From IMG/VR virus record IMGVR_UViG_3300034102_002416: a DNA stretch of 64,000 bases; one strand, written 5' to 3'. Position 1 is the first letter of the stretch; each line of letters begins with the position of its first letter. Positions 27,209-35,455 of the stretch are shown piece after piece. Both the position numbers and the translations under genes were made by a program. The stretch comes from a virus. The notes beneath the pieces are model-generated. The model saw only the letters and a list, made by a program, of their open reading frames with translations. It was not told the origin of the DNA and did no database searches.

Positions 27209-29041
27209 TTATAAAATGTTATTTTCATCTAGTATAGTTCCAGAATCTTCATCTTGTTTATTATTAGAATTTAATGTCTCAGTTATAATAGATACACTAT
27301 TTCCTTTTACAGACTGTAATTTTTTTACAAAACTTTCAACGGCAATTGTAGAACTATTCCGGAAATTTGGATCTGGCTGAAATGCTGTTTTTTGATTTTC
27401 AGGATCAAACGCTTGATCGATTTCTTTTTTACCAGTAACATCCCAACCAAACGCGTTTTTATGCTGACCTGATTTAATTCCTTCTTTTGGACGACCGCCT
27501 TTGTCTTTTTCTTCAACTTCATTAGATGACATATGAACCGTTGCTAGATCGTGTGGAGTTCCAAATGATACACCTGTTATTGCCGGATCATTACCTTCTT
27601 GTTCAATCTGATTTTGTCGGAATCTTAATTTAAGATCTTCAATAACATTGGTTCTTTCTTGTAACCATTGTTCTTCGGACATATTAAATATAAATTCGTA
27701 AATGTATTGATCTGATACTAATTTTGAATCTTTCATTGCGTTTGCTAATGTTATCTTTTCATTCATTAACGCAACTTTTTGTTGATCATAAATAATAGAT
27801 GGAGCTGTTAATTGTAATTCAAAACCGACTAAATCCTCTCCTTCAAATCCTTGAGCGTACAAATGCACAATTGCAATTTTAGTTAATTCAGAAATTACAA
27901 TTTTTTGTATTCGTTCAATAGTTCTAGCAAAACGAATATCCATTGATGCTAATGTAGATTTTCCTTCAACTGCTTCTGCATATCCTAAGAATGGTTTAGG
28001 TATTTTTAAAGCAGCCATCATTTTGTCTTTGATGTATTCAATATCATCCATTCCAGTAAATGTCATACCTGGTAATGTATCTATTTGCGTAGATGACTGT
28101 CCTCCTCGAACTGGTAAGTAATAATCTTCCAACATGTTATTAAGATTAAAACGTAAATTGTAATTACCTGTTTGTGGATCGATATGTGGAATTTTTTTCA
28201 TTTTATTGATAATTTGTTCCATGAAAGAATCAACTTCATTTGGTGGAATATTACCAATATCTATTTTGAAAATACGTTTTTCAGGTGCTCGCATAATACG
28301 ATGTATTAGCATAGCATCTTCCATCATCATTAATTTCTGAAACTCTTTACGAGCTCCTTCGAGCATAGATCTACCATATGGTAAAAAATTTGAATCGGAT
28401 AACATACGAAAATGTGCAATTTCAAACACATCATATTTCATTTGTTCCGATGCAATATTTTTAAATTTAATTTCATACTCACCAGTAGCTTCATTATATT
28501 CTTCCCAACGTTCCATTTCATAACTAGAAAATGGACGAGCATTGATAATTCCATACTCTTCAGCAATATCTAATTTTAAAAAGAAATCACCATATTTAGT
28601 TAAATTACGTATCCATGCCCATAAATTAAATTCAATGTTCAATACATCATAAAATAAATTATATAATATTTTTTGAATGTTCGATTTATTAGATTTAATT
28701 GTTAAAATTTCACCAAACTGATCGGCTAATGTAGATTCGTCAGAATAAATATCTAATGCTGAATGTATAATTGGATCTTTATCCATCATTTCATAATCAG
28801 CATAAAGTTGCATACGATTCTGATGCATATAATAGTTAGAATCATATCCACCCATTCCACCTACACGATGTTTATTAGCACCATGCAGTCTAGTATATCT
28901 GTCGGCTATTTTACTTTGACCTAAATTACCAGAGCTCTGTAATCTATTGGTATCTACAATTCGTAATTGGTCTTTACCATATGCACGGACAATTACATTA
29001 GTAGTAAATAGATTTTGTAAACGTTTTCTTAATGACGCCAT
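27209..29041 (-). CDS. gp20: portal protein (T4 gp20-like)
   Basis: MEDAMLIHRIMRAPEKRIFKIDIGN, EDYYLPVRG, IDTLPG, ALKIPK, DIRFARTIERIQ. Confidence 0.95.
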   Translation of the reverse strand: MASLRKRLQNLFTTNVIVRAYGKDQLRIVDTNRLQSSGNLGQSKIADRYTRLHGANKHRVGGMGGYDSNYYMHQNRMQLYADYEMMDKDPIIHSALDIYSDESTLADQFGEILTIKSNKSNIQKILYNLFYDVLNIEFNLWAWIRNLTKYGDFFLKLDIAEEYGIINARPFSSYEMERWEEYNEATGEYEIKFKNIASEQMKYDVFEIAHFRMLSDSNFLPYGRSMLEGARKEFQKLMMMEDAMLIHRIMRAPEKRIFKIDIGNIPPNEVDSFMEQIINKMKKIPHIDPQTGNYNLRFNLNNMLEDYYLPVRGGQSSTQIDTLPGMTFTGMDDIEYIKDKMMAALKIPKPFLGYAEAVEGKSTLASMDIRFARTIERIQKIVISELTKIAIVHLYAQGFEGEDLVGFELQLTAPSIIYDQQKVALMNEKITLANAMKDSKLVSDQYIYEFIFNMSEEQWLQERTNVIEDLKLRFRQNQIEQEGNDPAITGVSFGTPHDLATVHMSSNEVEEKDKGGRPKEGIKSGQHKNAFGWDVTGKKEIDQAFDPENQKTAFQPDPNFRNSSTIAVESFVKKLQSVKGNSVSIITETLNSNNKQDEDSGTILDENNIL

Positions 29042-29088
29042 ATTTTCTTTTTAATATAAATATAACTAGTTTTAGATCTACTTGTTTT

Positions 29089-30669
29089 TTATCGAATAAG
29101 CCAAGTTAAATCTTGATCGCCATCGCCTGGATTCCAATTCCATCCACTATCTTTTTGAGATGTTTTACCGGTATAAATAACTGTATCAGTTTTTTGAAAT
29201 GATGATAAAGCTCGTTTATTTAAATCAATTCCTTGTTGACGTAGTTTTAGCGCGGTGTCTCGTAACCAAAGTGTGATAGCAAATGCCATAACTAAATCGT
29301 CATTATATCCTTGTTGTGATTGTGCTTTACCATTTAACCAAATAAACACTAATAGTTCTTGTATAAGCCTTTTACTACGAATAATAGGGGTTTTTTGACG
29401 CATATACATTTCTAAGGCAGATATCATTAATGGTCGTGTTCTGGATGTTGTAGACACACCTGGTACCATTTGTGTTTTATCTTTCATATCATAACCTTTA
29501 CGAAGTTGTACATCAGCATCAGTATATCCATCGTCTTTGTATGTATAATGTAAATTTTGATATCCTCGATCTAATGCTGGCTGTATTGCTGCCCAACCAA
29601 TATTTGCATTTTCTATTGCTAGCAATGCATTATTCCATTCCGTAGCTACAGTTACAAGCATATTACCAAATTCATTCGGTGGAATTTTACCTTTATATTC
29701 GGCAACTTGACGTACTGATTCTACATCAAATATTTGAAAAGTAGAAAAGTCAGCTCCATCGCCTCGCGCGACGTCAGCTACTACTATATAATCACGTGCG
29801 TAGTCTGGATATTCCCAAACCCAATAATTGCCATCAAACCCACGTTTTTCTATTGGATCTGAACAATTTGCATCATATTCTAATAATAATGGACCATCAA
29901 CAACAGTATGTCCCGAACTTACAAAGTCACAATCACATTCTTGTGCAGCTCCCCGTTCACCTAAAAGCTGTGTTTGTTCATTACGCCATTGCTGATCTCG
30001 TTCTGGATGCACTGTCCAATGCAGTTTAATTGTGTGAAAGCCATTAATATCAGCTTCAGCATCTGCCCATGTTTGATGAAACCAGTTACCAACGCCATTG
30101 GGTGTAGATAATACAATAGCACCACCACCCGTTGATAGAGTTGCTTGTGATGCTATCCATATTTCTTCAATGTTTCTAATAAAAGCAGCCTCATCCACAA
30201 TTAATAATGATAATGCTTCTGATCGAGCTCCGGTGGTTGCTGATGATACTGCTTTAATCTGCGAACCATTTTTAAATTTTAAAGACAATTTATTGTCTGC
30301 TTCAACTGTACCTTTAAGCCAACTTGGTAAATTGTCATGCATCACTCGCACTTTAGTTACTAAGTTTTTTGCTACTTCTTGCGTAGTGGCAATAACAAGC
30401 ACATTGAAATCTTCTGCAAATAACATGCTCCATAAAGCAAAGCCAGCTGATAATGTTGATATACCTAACTGCCGAGATTTTAAAATAACATTGTATCGAT
30501 TATCTCGCAATTCAGTTAATGAATCTTCCTGAAATGGAAACAGATTAAATTTAATCTTACCCCGTTTTGGATGTTGGATATAACAATAATTACGCATAAA
30601 GAATACAGGATCTTTAGCACACATCATGTACTGTTGCTGTATTATTTGCTTTATGTTAGGTTGCGACAT
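29089..30669 (-). CDS. gp17: terminase large subunit (T4 gp17-like)
   Basis: KSRQLGIS Walker A region, LLIVDEAAF Walker B, STPNG coupling motif, ADVARG and NDDLVMA nuclease motifs; no intein. Confidence 0.95.
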   Translation of the reverse strand: MSQPNIKQIIQQQYMMCAKDPVFFMRNYCYIQHPKRGKIKFNLFPFQEDSLTELRDNRYNVILKSRQLGISTLSAGFALWSMLFAEDFNVLVIATTQEVAKNLVTKVRVMHDNLPSWLKGTVEADNKLSLKFKNGSQIKAVSSATTGARSEALSLLIVDEAAFIRNIEEIWIASQATLSTGGGAIVLSTPNGVGNWFHQTWADAEADINGFHTIKLHWTVHPERDQQWRNEQTQLLGERGAAQECDCDFVSSGHTVVDGPLLLEYDANCSDPIEKRGFDGNYWVWEYPDYARDYIVVADVARGDGADFSTFQIFDVESVRQVAEYKGKIPPNEFGNMLVTVATEWNNALLAIENANIGWAAIQPALDRGYQNLHYTYKDDGYTDADVQLRKGYDMKDKTQMVPGVSTTSRTRPLMISALEMYMRQKTPIIRSKRLIQELLVFIWLNGKAQSQQGYNDDLVMAFAITLWLRDTALKLRQQGIDLNKRALSSFQKTDTVIYTGKTSQKDSGWNWNPGDGDQDLTWLIR

Positions 30670-31050
30670 TTATTTTAAATATTGATTGATAATTACGCCA
30701 GTAAATAACGTAGTTAAAATACCACTACCAAACCAAATTGCTTTATTATCAAACCATTTTGGCTGTAAACGCTTTTCTCGTTCAACATATAAATTTATAT
30801 TTTTCTGTAATAAATCTATTTGTTGTGTTTTATATGATAATTGTATTGAATCTAATTCAATTAATTTACTTTGTTTATCAATTAAAAATTCTTGTTCTAT
30901 TATGATATTATCATTTATATCAATAACTTTGTAAAGTGAATCGAGTGTAAATGAAATATCTAATATTTCTTGTTCCGTAAAACAAGTATCATCAACTTCT
31001 TGTGCAAAGCAAGAAATGGGAAATATTAATAATAATAATAAACGTTTCAT
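30670..31050 (-). CDS. exported coiled-coil protein with C-terminal membrane segment (spanin-like candidate)
   Basis: Signal peptide MKRLLLLLIFPISCFA|Q, coiled coil, hydrophobic C-terminus AIWFGSGILTTLFTGVII. Confidence 0.5.
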   Translation of the reverse strand: MKRLLLLLIFPISCFAQEVDDTCFTEQEILDISFTLDSLYKVIDINDNIIIEQEFLIDKQSKLIELDSIQLSYKTQQIDLLQKNINLYVEREKRLQPKWFDNKAIWFGSGILTTLFTGVIINQYLK

Positions 31051-31052
31051 AA

Positions 31053-31397
31053 CTATTTCTTTTTAGGTTTACGACCTCTGCGTGTTTTATTTAAAATATT
31101 TTCTTTTGCAGCTTGTACCGTTTTAGCTTCTTCTACAACAATATTTTCTTTTTCATGTTTTAACTCTTCAATTGTCTGTTCATGTTGTTCAATTTCTGTT
31201 TTAACAGATTCTCGTTGTTCTTCTATAACATCAACTTTACCTTGCAATTGATTAACTTGTTGCGTGTTGTCATCAATTTGTTTTTTTAGTTTATCCGATT
31301 TTTTATCAGAATTTCGACGCGATGTTACTGCAAATATTCCGATAATTGCAATAATTGCTCCTACTAGTATTGCCCAATATTTTTTAATCATTTTCAT
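31053..31397 (-). CDS. N-terminally anchored coiled-coil protein (i-spanin-like candidate)
   Basis: TM segment YWAILVGAIIAIIGIFAV followed by a long coiled coil; GGAG SD before the ATG at 31397. Confidence 0.5.
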   Translation of the reverse strand: MKMIKKYWAILVGAIIAIIGIFAVTSRRNSDKKSDKLKKQIDDNTQQVNQLQGKVDVIEEQRESVKTEIEQHEQTIEELKHEKENIVVEEAKTVQAAKENILNKTRRGRKPKKK

Positions 31398-32031
31398 TTG
31401 TTTCTCCATTTAATTTTGTTAAAAAGTTTTCTTTAAATTTATCAAATTGTTTTTGTATTGTTTCTTCAAATTCCTCAGAAGTCATACGAGCTGACCATGA
31501 TTCTTTTTCGCCGGCCGAATTTGTTACGAATTCAGATGCTTGAGTATATGCTTGTTTTAACATAGCAACATCTCGTTCTGCAGAAGCTAACCAAGCTAAG
31601 GCATTTTCACGAATTTTTGTCTGTTCATATTCTGTATATTTGCCAGATTTTTTTAATTCATGTTCCATTTCAACCACACAATCAAAACACATTCCATGTA
31701 TTTTTTGCATTTTTTGATCTATGGGATGTTTACCTAAACATGTACATGTTTCTTTACGGCAATTAGGAAATGAACGAACTTCGTCTCGAACTTCTTGCAA
31801 TACATCACTGCTTTTTGTTTTTTTAATTCGAAACCCATCTCGTTGTTCGATTACATGGGTAATTCCGGTTGCAGAATCAGTTTCTTCCCAAACGTCTCCT
31901 ATTAAACGTTTTCGATTTTTTTCAGCAGTTTCATTTGCATCAGAAAATCCAATGGTCTTTTTTGTTTGAAACTTGTGATTACCTTCCAACATTTGTTGAA
32001 CGGCTTTAATGTTTTGTAACTTTTTTGACAT
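31384..32031 (-). CDS. hypothetical protein with Cys cluster
   Basis: CRKETCTC...HGMCFDC, possible metal-binding site. Confidence 0.65.
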   Translation of the reverse strand: MSKKLQNIKAVQQMLEGNHKFQTKKTIGFSDANETAEKNRKRLIGDVWEETDSATGITHVIEQRDGFRIKKTKSSDVLQEVRDEVRSFPNCRKETCTCLGKHPIDQKMQKIHGMCFDCVVEMEHELKKSGKYTEYEQTKIRENALAWLASAERDVAMLKQAYTQASEFVTNSAGEKESWSARMTSEEFEETIQKQFDKFKENFLTKLNGETNEND

Positions 32032-32035
32032 ATAA

Positions 32036-32890
32036 CTATTTTTTAGATTCTTTTTCTGAGCCTAATCTTTCTAATTTATTAATTGCGTATGTACGTAATA
32101 ATTGGAAGAAGTTTTTAGAATCATCATATTCTAATTCATTGGTTGCTAATTTAATTACATTAGCAATTGCTTTGATTTTTTCTACTGTACCAGGCATCAT
32201 TTTTAATGATTGAACAAAACGATCGGTATCCATTGTTTTTTTAGTTTCTGGATCGACTTCTGGTTCAGGTGTTGTTTCGGCTGTAGCAGGCTCTTCAGTT
32301 GGTGTTGCAGCAGTTGGATCGGCAGCAGGTGTGGGTGTTGCAGTCATATCTGGTGCTGCAGCAGGTGTTGCAGTAGGTGTTGCAGTCGTATCAGTAGCTT
32401 CTGGTGCTTCTGGTTCGGTTGGTGTTGCTTCTGGTTCTTCTGTCGGCTGTTCTTCGTCAGTTGGTGGTGTTGCTTGTTCTGCTAATACTTTGTTAATTTT
32501 TCTTCGAATATATTCACGAACAATTTGTTCTTTTTGTTCTCGAGTTAAATTTTCAATTTTATCTTTTAACACATCCGCAGTTTCTTTTTCTTCTTTTTCA
32601 GAACGTTTATTTAGTCGTTTTGCTGCAGTTTTAGGATCATACTCACCATCTTCAATTTTTGTATAAAGACGATCATCAGCATCATACTTAATATCCAATT
32701 TACCAGTATCAACAACTTCTTTATCCGTTTTACGTAATACACCTAATTGTTTATCTTTGGTAGATTTTGGATTTAATCCTCCATCTTTATCATCCATTGT
32801 ATAATCTTTAAGATCTTTACGAGCTTTTGGTTTTTGTGATTTTTCTAGATCTTTTGGAGCTTTATACTTGCTTTTATGTTTTTGAGCCAT
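32036..32890 (-). CDS. hypothetical (probable internal head) protein with P/T/E/A-rich linker
   Basis: IVREYIRRKINKVLAE|Q precedes a low-complexity PTE/ATP tract; late motif at 32911-32919. Confidence 0.65.
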   Translation of the reverse strand: MAQKHKSKYKAPKDLEKSQKPKARKDLKDYTMDDKDGGLNPKSTKDKQLGVLRKTDKEVVDTGKLDIKYDADDRLYTKIEDGEYDPKTAAKRLNKRSEKEEKETADVLKDKIENLTREQKEQIVREYIRRKINKVLAEQATPPTDEEQPTEEPEATPTEPEAPEATDTTATPTATPAAAPDMTATPTPAADPTAATPTEEPATAETTPEPEVDPETKKTMDTDRFVQSLKMMPGTVEKIKAIANVIKLATNELEYDDSKNFFQLLRTYAINKLERLGSEKESKK

Positions 32891-32918
32891 TTTAAATTAT
32901 CCTATTTTTATATAAATA

Positions 32919-35414
32919 TCACCGTGCGTATTTTAATACGCCTAATATCTGATTCACTGGTGCAAATGCTCCTGTCATCTTGTATGTGTTACCTTGATAT
33001 GTAAATACTATGCCTTCAGACGGTACAATTGAATCAAATCCTCCTAACTTCTGAATTCTACGAAGTTCTGACTCTAATTTACGTAACGTATCTTCATTTG
33101 GAGATCCTTGTAAATCTTTAATCAATTGTGATAATTCGGATTTAATTGCTTGCACAGTTCGGCTAGGATTTGCTGCTAAGAAATTAGATGCATTTTGCAA
33201 TACTAATACACCTAAACGTAAAAAGATTGATTCAAACGGTTCTAAGTTTTGTTTACGATATTGTTTAAAATCTTTTTTATCAAATGCATCAACCCATGCA
33301 ACAAATTCCGGATTATCAATTTGTTTTTTAAGTACTGATATATTTGTAGATTTATTATCAAATGCCCAGCGCTGGGTTAATGTTACTAAAATATCATCCG
33401 GTATTTCGTATCCTACTTCATTTGCTTTTGTTTGTATTACATCACGCCACCATGCTTTATGATAATCACTTAACAAATCCGTATCTTTTAATCCATACTT
33501 GTCTCGAAGTTGATCAATTTCATTATAAAATGCTGCTTGTTGATCTTCAAAATCATATACACGCCCTAGTTTAATACGTTGTGGCGGAATAAATGAAAAT
33601 GTATTTTGCATATGAGCATTTGCATCTTGTATGATTTTTTGCATCATTGCACCACCGGTTAAGTCAGTTTCAACAACATTGCCTTTTTCATCATATTCAA
33701 CTAAGTTATGAAACTGAAGATGTGCTTTATCATATGCAATTACATTTTTAGTTGCTGGATAAATAATTTCCATGTTTGCAAATACTCGGCCGTTTTTAAA
33801 TATACGTTCTAATTCTCCAGCTGGTAATGAAGATAATGCAGCAGTAATATCTTGTGCCATTTCCCGAAATGCATCTACTACTAGTTTATATCCTTCAGCT
33901 GCCTCAGCTCCATTTTTCTGAATTGCTTCCTGATATTTACGTTCGAAATCTGCAATCAACTGATCAGGTGTCATTGGATTAATAATAGTACCTTTATTTC
34001 TAGCAAAACCAGGCTGTCCGTTTTTCCAGGTAAACTGAATATTTTGCCCATCTGTTTTTTCTGTTACAGCTTGTTCAATATCTAAACGACCTGATAATGC
34101 TCTAGATACAATTTCCCGAACGTCATTAAATGTTAATCCATGATCATCCCATGGATGTGCCATATGTCCTGCAGCACCACCTTCAGACAATATACCTCCA
34201 GTTTTTAAACGAGATTCGATTGTATATATAATATCTTCTGGATTATTTGACTGCCATCGTTTTCTTTGTTTTTTAATTGTCCGCGGAATTAATTCAATCA
34301 CTTTTTTACTAGGATTCCATTGCAGCATGAATGGCATATGAATTGGAATATCAAATTGATAATCAGAACCAACACCGTTTGGTCGATCTAAATGCAATTG
34401 TCTAGCAATTTTATCTCCATATTCATTTGCTAAATCTTCGAAAAAATCTCGGAGTTCATCTGTATAAATAGGTGCTTCGTTTCTTGGGTCATTTAATCGA
34501 TCGATAAAATGCGTAAACTTGCCTTGAAAATCTACATCAATTCCATAATGTCTAAAAAATCCATCAACTGCTGATTCTATAGATGCCAATTCGGACCGTG
34601 TTATATAGTTTTCTTTAATTATATTTTCTACTAATTTAGCACCATATACTGTTTTATGAAAATCATCAAAATCATATACAAAATCTTTGCCTCGATGTTT
34701 ATCTAAAAATGCACGTAATTTTTTAATTTTATCAGCATGATGTTTTTTTTCACGTGGAAACATCATTGATTCAACAACAGAATCTACATCTTCTTGTAAA
34801 TTGTTTAACCACCAATCTTTAGTAAATAATGATTCTTGCATACCAGTTAATAGTTGCCAAACATTTTTTACTTTAGCTTCATCGTATTGTGGATATGATG
34901 CTCGAAATGTTTCATAATCATTATTAGCTAATGCCGTTCGAACAACAGTTGCTGAAACCGGTTCACCATTACGATATTGCATTGGATCTACATTAACATT
35001 TAATTCTATTGCATCTATACCGGAGGGAATCGTACGGCCTTTTTTGTCTCCGATAGTTGCGTATTTATCTACATTTGGGATAAAATCTTTTGCACGAACA
35101 TAATCATCACCTTTAGCCGATGCAGCCATTGCATACCGACCAGTCACATCTTCTGGAAGTGCAAATAAGTATTCATATGCGGCCGTTATAGGAGAATTAA
35201 ATTCTGTTGGTTGTATTTCAATATTAGGATTATCATTTAAGATATTAAACATTTCAATTGTTTTATCTCGGGTAATTCCATCTCGTTCTTTAGGACCAAT
35301 TAAAAGTATAACACGATCTACATCTGCAGATTGTGCATACCGATTTGCTAAATCTAGATGAGCACCAGTTAATGGTTTAAACCCGCCAGGAAACAGTACT
35401 GTTATTTTGTTCAT
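32919..35414 (-). CDS. multidomain protein: cytidylyltransferase-like (HIGH family) domain, small HxxDR domain and ligase-like nucleotidyltransferase domain
   Basis: N-terminal LFPGGFKPLTGAH...VSATVVR; central THFIDRLNDPRN; C-terminal GGAAGHMAHP...TEKTDGQN (KxDG), EGIVF and YKMTG. Confidence 0.7.
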   Translation of the reverse strand: MNKITVLFPGGFKPLTGAHLDLANRYAQSADVDRVILLIGPKERDGITRDKTIEMFNILNDNPNIEIQPTEFNSPITAAYEYLFALPEDVTGRYAMAASAKGDDYVRAKDFIPNVDKYATIGDKKGRTIPSGIDAIELNVNVDPMQYRNGEPVSATVVRTALANNDYETFRASYPQYDEAKVKNVWQLLTGMQESLFTKDWWLNNLQEDVDSVVESMMFPREKKHHADKIKKLRAFLDKHRGKDFVYDFDDFHKTVYGAKLVENIIKENYITRSELASIESAVDGFFRHYGIDVDFQGKFTHFIDRLNDPRNEAPIYTDELRDFFEDLANEYGDKIARQLHLDRPNGVGSDYQFDIPIHMPFMLQWNPSKKVIELIPRTIKKQRKRWQSNNPEDIIYTIESRLKTGGILSEGGAAGHMAHPWDDHGLTFNDVREIVSRALSGRLDIEQAVTEKTDGQNIQFTWKNGQPGFARNKGTIINPMTPDQLIADFERKYQEAIQKNGAEAAEGYKLVVDAFREMAQDITAALSSLPAGELERIFKNGRVFANMEIIYPATKNVIAYDKAHLQFHNLVEYDEKGNVVETDLTGGAMMQKIIQDANAHMQNTFSFIPPQRIKLGRVYDFEDQQAAFYNEIDQLRDKYGLKDTDLLSDYHKAWWRDVIQTKANEVGYEIPDDILVTLTQRWAFDNKSTNISVLKKQIDNPEFVAWVDAFDKKDFKQYRKQNLEPFESIFLRLGVLVLQNASNFLAANPSRTVQAIKSELSQLIKDLQGSPNEDTLRKLESELRRIQKLGGFDSIVPSEGIVFTYQGNTYKMTGAFAPVNQILGVLKYAR

Positions 35415-35455
35415 TTTATTTCTTTATATATAAATATTATCTAATAAATTATTGA

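Noticed and set aside
20856-30669. Inteins or introns in MCP, portal or terminase
   Set aside because: Lengths are normal, motifs are continuous, and no intein or homing endonuclease signatures are visible.
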